From: Clostridiales bacterium | GTDB taxonomy: Bacteria > Bacillota > Clostridia > Oscillospirales > CAG-272 | Direction of reading: 5' to 3' | Assembly (NCBI GenBank): GCA_016282315.1 | Contig: JAEEKG010000108.1 | Location: forward strand, 5,535 to 69,534 | Length of the DNA stretch: 64,000 bases | In this document: positions 26,891-36,754 of the stretch, one piece after another | Layout of the letters: the number at the start of each line of letters is the position of its first letter | Numbering within the stretch: the stretch's first letter is position 1 | Program-made: the position numbers and the translations under genes | The notes under the pieces: generated by a model | What the model saw: only the letters and a program-made list of their open reading frames with translations | What the model was told of the DNA's origin: nothing | Databases searched by the model: none

Positions 26891-27346
26891 TTACTTTAAC
26901 CTCATTTCTTGAATCTTGTCCCGGACATTCTGATAATACATTCTTGATAGATTTGTCTTCTTAGCTGATGCCAAAAAAGATATCTCACCTACGCCTGTAA
27001 TGGATCTTTGAATACTCCTTATTTTCATTACATTGACGATACCGTTTTTTGATGATCTGACAAAATACGGAGGCAATTCCTCTTCAAGTTCGTATAATTT
27101 TTTGTGACATTCCAGACACACAGTAGCTGTATGAGCAAATACAAGTCCGTCGAGTGTTTCGAAGAACAGCAATTCTCTTACTGCAACAAATGTCTCGTTG
27201 TCTTTATCTCCGAGAGATATTTCTCCTGGATTGTTGACAAGTTTTGTTATCGCGTCCTGAAGTGCCAATGTGTTTTCAGTTACACTAGGGACCCTTATAA
27301 CAATCTCTTCTTCGCTATTCGGTTTTATCTCTAAACTGATTTTCAT
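26891..27346 (-). CDS. Stand-alone LytTR-domain DNA-binding protein (no receiver domain)
   Basis: 151 aa. The C-terminal ~100 aa read ...LLFFETLDGLVFAHT......LYELEEELPPYFVRSSKNGIVNV.KI, the LytTR pattern. Its stop lies 1 nt from the ATG of the downstream membrane gene. Confidence 0.75.
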   Translation of the reverse strand: MKISLEIKPNSEEEIVIRVPSVTENTLALQDAITKLVNNPGEISLGDKDNETFVAVRELLFFETLDGLVFAHTATVCLECHKKLYELEEELPPYFVRSSKNGIVNVMKIRSIQRSITGVGEISFLASAKKTNLSRMYYQNVRDKIQEMRLK

Positions 27347-27407
27347 GTTTCACCTATTTGCGAGTCAATTATTGTTTTCTTGCCAACATCCTTTTGACAA
27401 GGCCTAT

Positions 27408-27480
27408 TGTAAACAAACGTTCTGAGAATGTAAACAAATTTGAATCAAGTGGTAGAAAATTGAATGTAAGTGGTAGAAAA
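27408..27480. promoter_or_regulatory. Two pairs of 21-bp-phased direct repeats upstream of the LytTR gene (candidate LytTR operator)
   Basis: TGTAAACAAA at 27408-17 and 27429-38. AAGTGGTAGAAAA at 27447-59 and 27468-80, each preceded by TGAAT. Confidence 0.55.
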
Positions 27481-27499
27481 ATGGTATTTACAATGCTTT

Positions 27500-29029
27500 T
27501 TACACGTTGTATATCAAAACTGAAAAGCCGTTTAAAATGATACTGTTTCCTTCCAATGCTGTATTTGTATTGAGAATGATACCTTGTATTTTTTCCTTTT
27601 CGCTGACAGTCATTTTCTTTTCAGTTGGGTTAATTATAACCCTGATGGTTTCATTATCTTTTTTTCTTTCGTACCACAATGGGTAATTCATCTTTTCGTC
27701 GATGAACTTAAAACCCGCATCAGCATTCAAAGCTTTGTGATTGTGTCTAATGTCTATGAGGTTTTTAGTATATTCAAGCAACGAACCTTCTTTTCCTCTT
27801 TGGCTTGATACACATGGAGAGCCTTCAGAGTTGTCAACCGGAAGATACGGAGTGTCTGAAGGAGAAAAGCCTTTGTTTTTGCCTTCGTTCCACTGCATTG
27901 GAGTTCTTGATCCTCCACGACTGACCTGAGACCCTTCCTTGTCTATTCCCTCTATAAATCTCATTCCTATCTCATCGCCGTAGTAGATTATAGGGGGAGA
28001 AGGCATAGTCATAATGAATGCCATAACTGTCTTTATTTCTTCAACACTTCTGCCTTTTGAAATTCTCGGCTGATCATGGTTTCCTGAAACAAATGACCAA
28101 TATCCTGTTCCTTTTGTCTTGTTCAGAATATTAACATACTCTTCAGAAAATCTGGATAATACGCCTTTTCCCTCTTTTCTGAAATAACTGTAAAAGTTTT
28201 CTTCGGGAATTTCTTTTCTGAAAAGCGAGCCGCCTGACAAAAACATGTCCATATGAAATCCGGCCGGGATTGACTCAAGAGGTCTGCTCCACTCTGAAAT
28301 CAGGATTTTGCCAGGATATTTATTATCCATATATTCCCTGATTTCGCGCCAGAATTTTCGAGCGCCTTCTGTTTTCGGGTCAGATTTGATTACATCTTTA
28401 GCCATATCTACTCTGAACCCGTCACATCCAAGACCAAACCAAAAGTCCATCACTTCAATAAGTTTCTTCTTGTTGTTTTTACATATTTCACTGTCCATGC
28501 TCATTTGCCATGGCTCAGTTACATTGTAAAAGCCATAATTAATAGCTGGTTGAATTGCATAGAAACTGCACAAGTATCTATCGTCTCTTTCATATGCTCT
28601 CTTATTTAGATGAGGATAATCTGACTCATTGTCATTACACCATATATAAAAGTCAGAATAATCGTTCTTTTCTTTTTTTGAAGATAACTTGAAATACTCG
28701 TGTTCAATTGATGTGTGACATGGAATAAGATCACATATTATCTTTATTCCCATATCGTGAGCTTTTTTGCAAAGGTTTATGAAATCTTCGTTTGTCCCGT
28801 ATCTCTTGGCAACCTTTTTGTGGTTTGTCACGTCATAACCGGCGTCGCCGAAGGGACTGTCGTAAAACGGATTAATCCATATTGCGTTGCATCCGAGCCA
28901 CTTTATGTAATCCAGTTTTTCTATAATGCCGTTTAGATCACCTATACCATCACCGTTTGTGTCATAAAAAGACTGCGGATATATTTCATAAAAAACGGCA
29001 TCTTTCAGCCAATCAAAAGCTTTGTCCAT
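27500..29029 (-). CDS. GH13 alpha-glucosidase / oligo-1,6-glucosidase-like
   Basis: FYEIYPQSFYDTNGDGIGDLNGI..KLDYIKWLGCNAIWINPF, GCDGFRVDMA (nucleophile), SGNHDQPR. Confidence 0.8.
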   Translation of the reverse strand: MDKAFDWLKDAVFYEIYPQSFYDTNGDGIGDLNGIIEKLDYIKWLGCNAIWINPFYDSPFGDAGYDVTNHKKVAKRYGTNEDFINLCKKAHDMGIKIICDLIPCHTSIEHEYFKLSSKKEKNDYSDFYIWCNDNESDYPHLNKRAYERDDRYLCSFYAIQPAINYGFYNVTEPWQMSMDSEICKNNKKKLIEVMDFWFGLGCDGFRVDMAKDVIKSDPKTEGARKFWREIREYMDNKYPGKILISEWSRPLESIPAGFHMDMFLSGGSLFRKEIPEENFYSYFRKEGKGVLSRFSEEYVNILNKTKGTGYWSFVSGNHDQPRISKGRSVEEIKTVMAFIMTMPSPPIIYYGDEIGMRFIEGIDKEGSQVSRGGSRTPMQWNEGKNKGFSPSDTPYLPVDNSEGSPCVSSQRGKEGSLLEYTKNLIDIRHNHKALNADAGFKFIDEKMNYPLWYERKKDNETIRVIINPTEKKMTVSEKEKIQGIILNTNTALEGNSIILNGFSVLIYNV

Positions 29030-29040
29030 ATAATCAATCC

Positions 29041-30570
29041 TTAAATTTTAGATAGTTTTCTTTCTGCTTCAAGTCCTGCTTTATAGTTGTTTATAAAATT
29101 ATTGAATTTAACTCTATCTTTTTCATCAGCATTGACTGTCGTTCTTTTTACATCAGAAAACAGTTTGTTCAGATAAACCGAAAGCGTTTCGTTATTATCC
29201 AGCATATACAATGCTAAGATTGCTATTCCCCAGGCTCCGCCTTCTCCTGCGTTGTCCATGACTGTAACGGGTGCATTTACAAGCGCACTTACTGCCTTTT
29301 GGCCAATTCCGGGCGTTTTGAAATATCCTCCGTGCCCGTATACTAAATCAACTTTCACATTTTCGCTTTGCAATATATCCATGCCGAGAGAAATGGATGC
29401 GATTGCGGAATAGATCTGCATTTGCATAAAGTTTGACAAATTCATTTTTCCATCCTGAAGGCTGAATACCATAGGAGCTCCCTTGTATGTCTTGGCAAGA
29501 GGCTCTCCGGCTAGGAAGTTATATCCGGACAGATTACCTACATTTTCATCGCTCTCTAGAGCTTTATTGAATAGCAAAGGAAACAATTTGCCTTTATCTG
29601 CTTTCGCTCCGCTCAACTCAATTACTTCACAGAACAGATTAACCCAGTTATCTATTACAGAAGTACATGTGTTTGTGTGAACTAAAGCAGCTGCAGCTCC
29701 GGATGGTGTTTGGATAACATCTATTTCCGGATAATAATTCTTCATATTCTTTTCCAGAACAACAGTGAGATTGGCGCTTGTTCCAAGTGACATGTTGGCT
29801 GTTTTAGGCTCAACGCAATTGGTACAAATCATGCCTGTTCCCATATCCCCTTCAGGAGGACAAAGCGGGCAGCCTGGCTGAAGAGTTCCACTCGGATCAA
29901 GTAATTTTGCTCCTTGTTCAGTTAGATATCCAGCATTCTCACCCGCAACCAAAACATCAGGCAAAAGATCAACAAAATTGACATTCAGGCCAAAATCTTT
30001 AAGTCTGGTATTGAACTTATTGAGCATTGTCTTGTCATATTGCTTATTGTCATCTATCGGGAACATTCCGCTTGCATCATTGATGCCCAGAACTCGTTTT
30101 CCAGTCAGACAATAATGAACATAGCCAGATAGAGTATTTAGATGCTTAACATCTTTGACGTGTCCTAGGCCTTCCAATACGCTCTGGTAATACTGAGATA
30201 CGCTCCATCTCATCGGAACATGGAACTTAAACAATTCGGATAATTCTTCGCTTGCCTTCTGAGCGTTTGTATTTCTCCACGTTCTGTAAGGAGCCAGAAG
30301 TTTATCTTTATCGTCTGTTGCAATATATCCATGCATCATTGCAGATATACCGATGGCGTCGAGTTTTTCAATCGGTTGACCATAATTTTCCACAAGTTTT
30401 TTGTAGCTTTGCTGGAATCCGACCCAGACTTCATCCAAGTCATATGACCACAAACCATCAACTAAAATATTCTCCCAATCGTATCCGCCCTGAGCCAATA
30501 CTTTTGCATTCTCATCTGTTAAAACCGCTTTTATTCTGGTAGACCCCAATTCTATTCCTAAAACTCTCAT
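29041..30570 (-). CDS. FGGY/ASKHA-family sugar kinase
   Basis: 509 aa. N-terminal phosphate loop LGIELGSTRIKAV and C-terminal GGGYFKTPGIG. The sugar specificity is not inferable. Confidence 0.6.
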   Translation of the reverse strand: MRVLGIELGSTRIKAVLTDENAKVLAQGGYDWENILVDGLWSYDLDEVWVGFQQSYKKLVENYGQPIEKLDAIGISAMMHGYIATDDKDKLLAPYRTWRNTNAQKASEELSELFKFHVPMRWSVSQYYQSVLEGLGHVKDVKHLNTLSGYVHYCLTGKRVLGINDASGMFPIDDNKQYDKTMLNKFNTRLKDFGLNVNFVDLLPDVLVAGENAGYLTEQGAKLLDPSGTLQPGCPLCPPEGDMGTGMICTNCVEPKTANMSLGTSANLTVVLEKNMKNYYPEIDVIQTPSGAAAALVHTNTCTSVIDNWVNLFCEVIELSGAKADKGKLFPLLFNKALESDENVGNLSGYNFLAGEPLAKTYKGAPMVFSLQDGKMNLSNFMQMQIYSAIASISLGMDILQSENVKVDLVYGHGGYFKTPGIGQKAVSALVNAPVTVMDNAGEGGAWGIAILALYMLDNNETLSVYLNKLFSDVKRTTVNADEKDRVKFNNFINNYKAGLEAERKLSKI

Positions 30571-30579
30571 TATTACTCC

Positions 30580-31626
30580 TTAAAGCTGTGAATCACAAAG
30601 TGCTATTAAATCTTCAACTTTTGCTTCTGCTATTCTGATGCAGCAGTCGCATGCTCCGTAATATATTCTTACAATTCCGTTTTCAAGCAGTGCTCCGCAC
30701 GGGAACAATGCGTTTGATCTGTACCCTTTTGTTTTTTCGAAATCGTCATCCGGAACTATAAGAGGCTTTTTTGACATTCCTATAACTTTTGAAGGATCTT
30801 CCAAGTCAAGAAGCGCAACTCCTATTACATATCTCTTTCTCCAAGCCTTTTCCCAGCCGTTCTTTCCTCTGTTAGGATCTACATCCACTGAGTGGAAGAG
30901 CATAAGCCAGCCTTTGTCAGTTTTAATCGGTGGAGCTCCCGGGCCTATTTTGTCATTGCAGAACGGAACACTTTCAGTTCCCATTACAAGCCTTGACTTG
31001 CCCCAATAAACTAAGTCCGGAGACTCAGAAAGCCAGATATCAAAATAGTTGCCGTTTCTAGAATAAACAGGCATCGGTCTTTCCAGTCTTACGTAATTGC
31101 CGTTAATCTTTTCCGGGAACAAAACCATATTTCTGTTTTCGGGAACAGAAATGGATTTCATTTCAAAATCCTTGAAATCTTTTGTTGTAGCTATTCCGCC
31201 GCAGACTCCGTGTCTAGTGTCAACAGCAAAACAGAAAACATATTCTCCGTCTATATATGTTATTCTCGGGTCATATGCTCTCATGATTTCTTTTGTTCTG
31301 AGTTCAAAACATGGCTCGGGTTCAACTTCCCACTTAATTCCGTCCTTTGAATAAGCCAGTCCGAGATTTGTCTTGCCGTCAAGAATTTCTTTTTCAAAAT
31401 CCCCGACATCATTTCTGAATACCATGACATACCTGTCGCCCTGCTTTATGACACCAGCGTTGAAAGTGAGGGCGCTTCTGTAAGGAACATCCTTATATGT
31501 CAGAACCGGTGTAGGATATTTCTTTACGCATGAAGCAGTGACAAAATCCGCTTCGTTAATTGTTTCATTTGGTTTGTATGGAGCAAACAGACCGCTGTCT
31601 TCCATTCCGTTAAGGTTCTTAATCAT
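30580..31626 (-). CDS. GH130 beta-mannoside phosphorylase/hydrolase
   Basis: 348 aa. FNAGVIK..RYVMVFRND, AYDPRITYIDGEY, LLFHSV. Size and motifs are typical of GH130. Confidence 0.75.
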   Translation of the reverse strand: MIKNLNGMEDSGLFAPYKPNETINEADFVTASCVKKYPTPVLTYKDVPYRSALTFNAGVIKQGDRYVMVFRNDVGDFEKEILDGKTNLGLAYSKDGIKWEVEPEPCFELRTKEIMRAYDPRITYIDGEYVFCFAVDTRHGVCGGIATTKDFKDFEMKSISVPENRNMVLFPEKINGNYVRLERPMPVYSRNGNYFDIWLSESPDLVYWGKSRLVMGTESVPFCNDKIGPGAPPIKTDKGWLMLFHSVDVDPNRGKNGWEKAWRKRYVIGVALLDLEDPSKVIGMSKKPLIVPDDDFEKTKGYRSNALFPCGALLENGIVRIYYGACDCCIRIAEAKVEDLIALCDSQL

Positions 31627-31655
31627 AGTACTTGTCTCCGTTCGTATTTTTTTTG

Positions 31656-32381
31656 TTAATTATTTATCATGGTGTCAAGTAAAGAATATGCAAACAGCCA
31701 ATGCATTTCTTTAGAAGGATGATTTATGCTGTTAACTAGATAATTAGTCACACTGCATCCGTGAGCATACATTTTCTTCCACTTGTCATAAACATCACAA
31801 ACAGGAACATTGCATTCACGGGCGACTTGTTTACCTCTTTCAAGATACATGTCTAAAACGCCATTGTTCTGAGCGTCAATGCATTGTTTAGCAGCGTTGA
31901 TCAGACCCTGGTCTTTCAGCTTGTATGAAACCCTTGTTGCCATCATGTTTGGAGTCATGAATATAACTTCACTTCCTGACTCTTTCAATTGTGTGAATAT
32001 CTTCCTGAGTGATTCTGCGTAAGGATTTAACCCTTGTTCTCTCTGCTTACAGTCATTCAAGCCAAAACAAACAATTGTAAGATCCGGATGGTGATACAAC
32101 ACATCCCTATCCAGTCTTTCCACGCTTCTTCTGGCTGTTGTGCCGCTGATTCCCGCGTTAATTATACTTATAGGAGTTTCTTTAAAAAGATATCCCAAAA
32201 TATCCTCTAAATAATGGTGATAAGCATTCTGAGAATCAAATTCAGTTGCAATTTGACCTTTTTCGTTAATAAAGCACTCAAAACAACCCTGAGTTACACT
32301 GTCTCCTAAAAAAGCAATTGTAGGAATTCTGTACTTGTCAGGATTGCTGCAGCTCCTTGACAAAATGTTCAATATTTCCAT
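31656..32381 (-). CDS. SGNH/GDSL hydrolase (esterase)
   Basis: Block I FLGDSVTQG, block III FGLND, block V region NHPS. Confidence 0.7.
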   Translation of the reverse strand: MEILNILSRSCSNPDKYRIPTIAFLGDSVTQGCFECFINEKGQIATEFDSQNAYHHYLEDILGYLFKETPISIINAGISGTTARRSVERLDRDVLYHHPDLTIVCFGLNDCKQREQGLNPYAESLRKIFTQLKESGSEVIFMTPNMMATRVSYKLKDQGLINAAKQCIDAQNNGVLDMYLERGKQVARECNVPVCDVYDKWKKMYAHGCSVTNYLVNSINHPSKEMHWLFAYSLLDTMINN

Positions 32382-32498
32382 GAAGGCCTCCGTTTGTTTT
32401 TACTACAGTTATTATACCCCAATTTTATATATACATTCCACTTTATTATATATTTTTTGTTTTATTTACTTCGTTTTTGTGTTAACATTATTTCATGA

Positions 32499-33560
32499 AT
32501 GAAATCACTTGGTTATTTGAGGGACCCCATGAAGGATTGCTTAGAATTAAATCAAGATAAAGACACTGTCGTGACTCAAGACAGAATGATAGACGTGCGC
32601 AATACCCTCGACACTAAAGTGTTGAGAGGAGTTGTTGTTGAACTAAAAGATTATTTCACAGATTGTCCCAGTGTTTTCAGGCTAGACAATAAGTGGTACA
32701 TGTATTTTCTTGCCATCAGCAAAGACACAAAAGTGTCCGGATATGAGACACATATTGCTGTTTCAGATGATCTGCTTAATTGGAGTTATTTAGGCCCCAT
32801 ACTGAAAAGAGAAAAAAACAGGAGCTGGGACTCAAAACAAATTGCAGGATATGCTGCTTTGTATGATACAGGTTTAGGAAAAGGATGCAGGTTAAACAGA
32901 TATCAAGATAACTATTGGGTTTCCTATCTAGGCGGATTTAAAGACGGATATGAGCCTGATCCACTCTCAATAGGAATTGCCAAAAGCAAAAATCCTACCG
33001 ACTGCAAATCTTTTATAAGGTTAGATGAACCAATATTATCGCCATGTGACCCAGATTCCAGAGAATACGAGACAAAAACACTGTATAAGAGTACAATTAT
33101 CTTTGATGATAACAAATTGACTTCACACAGATTTGTGATGTTTTACAATGCAAAAGGATTTGACAACAAAGAGAGAATCTACTCTGCTGTGTCAGACGAT
33201 TTGATTCATTGGAAAAGATTCGGAAAAAAGCCTGTTATAGATGATGTTACAAATAACCCTGATTGTTATATAACGGCAGACCCTATGATATTAAAGGACA
33301 AAGACGGATTATATATAATGAATTTCATGAAGTATGATAAACAACATTCAGCTCATGACACATTCGCCTGTTCTTATGATTTACTTAACTGGACTGAATG
33401 GACAGGTGAACCCACAATCGCACCGGACAAAAACAATCCTGATCAGGACTTATTTGCTCATAAGCCCTGGATCATTACATGGCAGGGTCATGTATACCAT
33501 TTTTATTGTGCATGCTCAAAAAATAACAGAAGATATATAGCTCTGGCAACAGATTTTTAA
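32499..33560 (+). CDS. Five-bladed beta-propeller glycoside hydrolase-like protein (GH130/GH43/GH32 clan)
   Basis: Reiterated W..Y..F...S.DL..W blades (KWYMYFLAIS..VSDDLLNW, FVMFYNA..VSDDLIHW, YIMNFM..SYDLLNW). An alternative start at 32529 follows GAGGGA. Confidence 0.45.
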   Translation: MKSLGYLRDPMKDCLELNQDKDTVVTQDRMIDVRNTLDTKVLRGVVVELKDYFTDCPSVFRLDNKWYMYFLAISKDTKVSGYETHIAVSDDLLNWSYLGPILKREKNRSWDSKQIAGYAALYDTGLGKGCRLNRYQDNYWVSYLGGFKDGYEPDPLSIGIAKSKNPTDCKSFIRLDEPILSPCDPDSREYETKTLYKSTIIFDDNKLTSHRFVMFYNAKGFDNKERIYSAVSDDLIHWKRFGKKPVIDDVTNNPDCYITADPMILKDKDGLYIMNFMKYDKQHSAHDTFACSYDLLNWTEWTGEPTIAPDKNNPDQDLFAHKPWIITWQGHVYHFYCACSKNNRRYIALATDF

Positions 33561-33570
33561 GGAGAAAAAA

Positions 33571-34974
33571 ATGAAGGCAGATTTGACTTGGTCATATAAA
33601 GAATACGTACCGCTGTTATACAACAGAGGCGACATATATGTTTGCAGATTGGATCCAACTCCAGATTCTTTCACACTTGATTGGTACAATGTGGATGGTG
33701 CCAAAGAATATATAATTAAATACAAAAAAGAAGAGGCCGAAACTCCTTGGTCAAGTATAGTTGTTAAACCATCTTTGGGAGAACAGACAAATGCTACTGT
33801 AGGTAGCCTAATCGAAAACACCGACTATGTGTTTATGGTTGAGGCCGACAACGGCAAAAAAAGCATAGAAAGACTTGTAAGGACAGGATTCAGTGAAGGT
33901 ATAACAGTCAATTACCTGCATCCAAGAGACAACTATTATGCTTTTTCAGGCAATTTTCTGTGCTCTCCTTCCCTTGTCAGACATCCTGATGGTTATTTAC
34001 TTGCTTCAATGGATCTTCACACAGGTAATAGACCTCAGAATCTTACACTTTTGTACAGAAGCGATGACAATGGCTCAACATGGAAACATGTTTCAGACAT
34101 TTATCCGAGCTTTTGGGGAAAACTATTCATTCACAAAAATGAATTGTACCTGATCTCAACTTCAACTGAATACGGAGATCTTCTCATCGGCAAGAGCACT
34201 GATGGAGGAAAGACATTCTGCCAACCGACAGTTCTGTTGAGAGGCGGTTGCAAAACAGATGAAAACGGAGTGCATAAAAATCCTCAACCTGTTGTTTATT
34301 ACAACCACAGAATTTGGAACACCATGGAATGGGGCAGCTGGAAAAAAGGAGGACATGCACCAATGGTCATGTCAGCAGATGTTGATTCTGATCTTTTAGA
34401 TGCACACAATTGGCTTTTTTCAGAGCCTGTTCAATATGACCCGAATTGGGAAGGAACTGCAGTTGGAAGAAGTGCCGGTTTGCTGGAAGGATGTCCTGTA
34501 ATAGCTCCAGATGGAAAGCTGTATGTAATAACAAGATATGAGATAAGAAATTGTGAGCCGAGTTACGGGCTTGCTCTTGTGTTCAAAGTTGATGAAAATA
34601 ACCCTGAAGCACCCCTAGAGTACAAAAGGGCAATGAAATTTGATGGAAATCATTCAAAATTCGTAATTAAAAGAGATGAAAAAACAGGCACGTACTATTC
34701 AATAATTGCACGAATAAAAGACGATTACAATAAAGACGCAAGAAACATTTGTTCTCTGGTAAAAAGCGAAGATTTAGTCAATTGGTCACTTGTAAAGGAC
34801 ATTTGGAATTACGAAAACTCACCCAAAGCTAAAGTGGGATTTCAATATGTCGACTGGTTTATTGAAAATGATGACATATTGCTGTTGTCAAGAACTGCCA
34901 TGAATGATGCTGATACATTTCACAACAGTAACTACAGCAAATTCTATACTATAAAGAATTTCAGAAATCTGTGA
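33571..34974 (+). CDS. BNR/Asp-box beta-propeller protein, sialidase (GH33)-like, with N-terminal Fn3-like domain
   Basis: Asp-boxes RSDDNGSTW and KSTDGGKTF. RBS AAGGAGA. Confidence 0.6.
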   Translation: MKADLTWSYKEYVPLLYNRGDIYVCRLDPTPDSFTLDWYNVDGAKEYIIKYKKEEAETPWSSIVVKPSLGEQTNATVGSLIENTDYVFMVEADNGKKSIERLVRTGFSEGITVNYLHPRDNYYAFSGNFLCSPSLVRHPDGYLLASMDLHTGNRPQNLTLLYRSDDNGSTWKHVSDIYPSFWGKLFIHKNELYLISTSTEYGDLLIGKSTDGGKTFCQPTVLLRGGCKTDENGVHKNPQPVVYYNHRIWNTMEWGSWKKGGHAPMVMSADVDSDLLDAHNWLFSEPVQYDPNWEGTAVGRSAGLLEGCPVIAPDGKLYVITRYEIRNCEPSYGLALVFKVDENNPEAPLEYKRAMKFDGNHSKFVIKRDEKTGTYYSIIARIKDDYNKDARNICSLVKSEDLVNWSLVKDIWNYENSPKAKVGFQYVDWFIENDDILLLSRTAMNDADTFHNSNYSKFYTIKNFRNL

Positions 34975-34981
34975 GGCTGCC

Positions 34982-36061
34982 ATGATAGTAAAAAAAGAAA
35001 TAGGCTTTGTCCCCCAAGACACCACTATTACTCTTGGAAATCCTGTTTTTATAGATTGCAAAAATGCTCCGTTCAAAATATATGGAGTTAATAAAGATAC
35101 CTTTGCAAGGATGCCTGTTGATGTTGCAAAAAGAGTAAGTCCTTCAGTTGAACATTCTTCTCAAACGAGCAATGGCGGAAGATTGAGATTCAGAACAGAT
35201 TCAGATTATGTTGTTGTTCACGCAAAAATTAAGGATGTAAGCCCGAATTTCCAGCAAGCTAAGTCAGATGCATGCGGAATAGATATGCTCGCAAAAACAG
35301 GAAAAGATTGGTTTGTTCCTGGAACATGTATTCCTTCTCAAGGTGACGGAAAAGACTATATAGAATATAGGACAAGATTTGACAAATCTTTTAAAATGAA
35401 AGAGATATTGTTGCACTTCCCGATTGAAACAAGAATTGAATCACTTTCTATAGCGTTAAGAGAAGGTTCTGTTCTTGAAGAACCAACAGAATACAAGAAC
35501 ACAAATCCAGTGGTATTCTATGGGTCATCCATAACTTTCGGAGCATGCGCCTCTAAACCATCCAACACATATTGTGCTATGGTATCAAGAATGCTAGACA
35601 CGGATTTTATTAATCTCGGATTTGGAGGAGCATGCAAAGCAGAAGACAGCATGATTGATTATTTGAAAAATCTGAAAATGAGTGTATTTGTTTATGACTA
35701 TGATCACAACGCTCCTACTCCTGAATATTTGGAACAAACTCATTTCAGAGGCTATTGCAGATTCAGAGAAAAACAGCCCGATACTCCCGTAATTTTTGCA
35801 AGTAAACCTGATTATTCATATGACATATTCACCTATGATAAAGACGTTAACAAAGTCAGAAGAAGAATTATTATGAAGTCATATGAACAGGCTCTTAAAC
35901 TCGGTGACAAAAATGTTTCTTTTGTAGATGGCAAAAAAATATACCCCAAGGACGTGTCACCATTCTGCAGTGTAGATGGTTGCCATCCAAATGACCTAGG
36001 GTATATGTATATGGCAAAAGCATTTTCAAAAGCTATAAGAGAATTCATTGAAAAAGACTAG
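34982..36061 (+). CDS. Two-domain SGNH esterase (N-terminal beta-sandwich + C-terminal SGNH; CE2-like layout)
   Basis: FYGSSITFG (Ser block) and DGCHPND (Asp-x-x-His block). A ~170-aa N-terminal domain is present. Confidence 0.6.
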   Translation: MIVKKEIGFVPQDTTITLGNPVFIDCKNAPFKIYGVNKDTFARMPVDVAKRVSPSVEHSSQTSNGGRLRFRTDSDYVVVHAKIKDVSPNFQQAKSDACGIDMLAKTGKDWFVPGTCIPSQGDGKDYIEYRTRFDKSFKMKEILLHFPIETRIESLSIALREGSVLEEPTEYKNTNPVVFYGSSITFGACASKPSNTYCAMVSRMLDTDFINLGFGGACKAEDSMIDYLKNLKMSVFVYDYDHNAPTPEYLEQTHFRGYCRFREKQPDTPVIFASKPDYSYDIFTYDKDVNKVRRRIIMKSYEQALKLGDKNVSFVDGKKIYPKDVSPFCSVDGCHPNDLGYMYMAKAFSKAIREFIEKD

Positions 36062-36083
36062 GCGAAAAACCTAGTCCTTTTTG
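36056..36083. terminator. Hairpin spanning both convergent stop codons
   Basis: gactagg / cctagtc stem followed by CTTTTTG. Confidence 0.45.
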
Positions 36084-36640
36084 TATATTTGTTTAATTGC
36101 TTCGTATTTTTCACCTTTTATGTGAAGAATATATATTATAAGCAAAGCAAAACCTATGACTGCCTGATGGACAGCTTCTGCCACATCTACAGCATCCGCT
36201 GCTTGTTTTAAATTTAACAAAAACATGACTGCGTCAACAATTCCTGCAGCTATTGAGACTGACAAAGATATAATAACAACTTTTGCTCTTTTGAAGAATA
36301 TGACTGCATTTGCAGAACAAACAGCATCAACCAGAGCCATAAATGGAGCAATTGTCATGTTCTTATGAACCACAAATTCGGTGATAAATATAACAAGGCT
36401 TACAATTCCAGTGATTATGTGAAGTGTCACATGATATGACTCACCTTTTTTATAATACAGTCCCACATACAAGTCTATGGAAAGGTATTCGATGAGAGTG
36501 ACACCATAAAGAATAGTATATACATTGAACGAATTCAGACTCTTAATGAAGTTCAGCAACTCGACAATTGTACCTACTAAGCAGAAAAATATGACCAAAA
36601 TCAGGAAAATAACTTCTCTCTTTTTTATTTTCTCAATCAT
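36071..36640 (-). CDS. Hypothetical 5-6 TM membrane protein
   Basis: Hydrophobic ORF. ATG at 36640 after AGAGGA. No recognisable motif. Confidence 0.5.
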   Translation of the reverse strand: MIEKIKKREVIFLILVIFFCLVGTIVELLNFIKSLNSFNVYTILYGVTLIEYLSIDLYVGLYYKKGESYHVTLHIITGIVSLVIFITEFVVHKNMTIAPFMALVDAVCSANAVIFFKRAKVVIISLSVSIAAGIVDAVMFLLNLKQAADAVDVAEAVHQAVIGFALLIIYILHIKGEKYEAIKQIYKKD

Positions 36641-36754
36641 AGTAATTCCTCTTGTTTTTGATGCCAATATTTTACCACATAAAGCACATCATTTCTATTG
36701 TTAATTTGATTTTGTTATGTTATGATAATCATAGATATCTTCGGAGGTATTATT

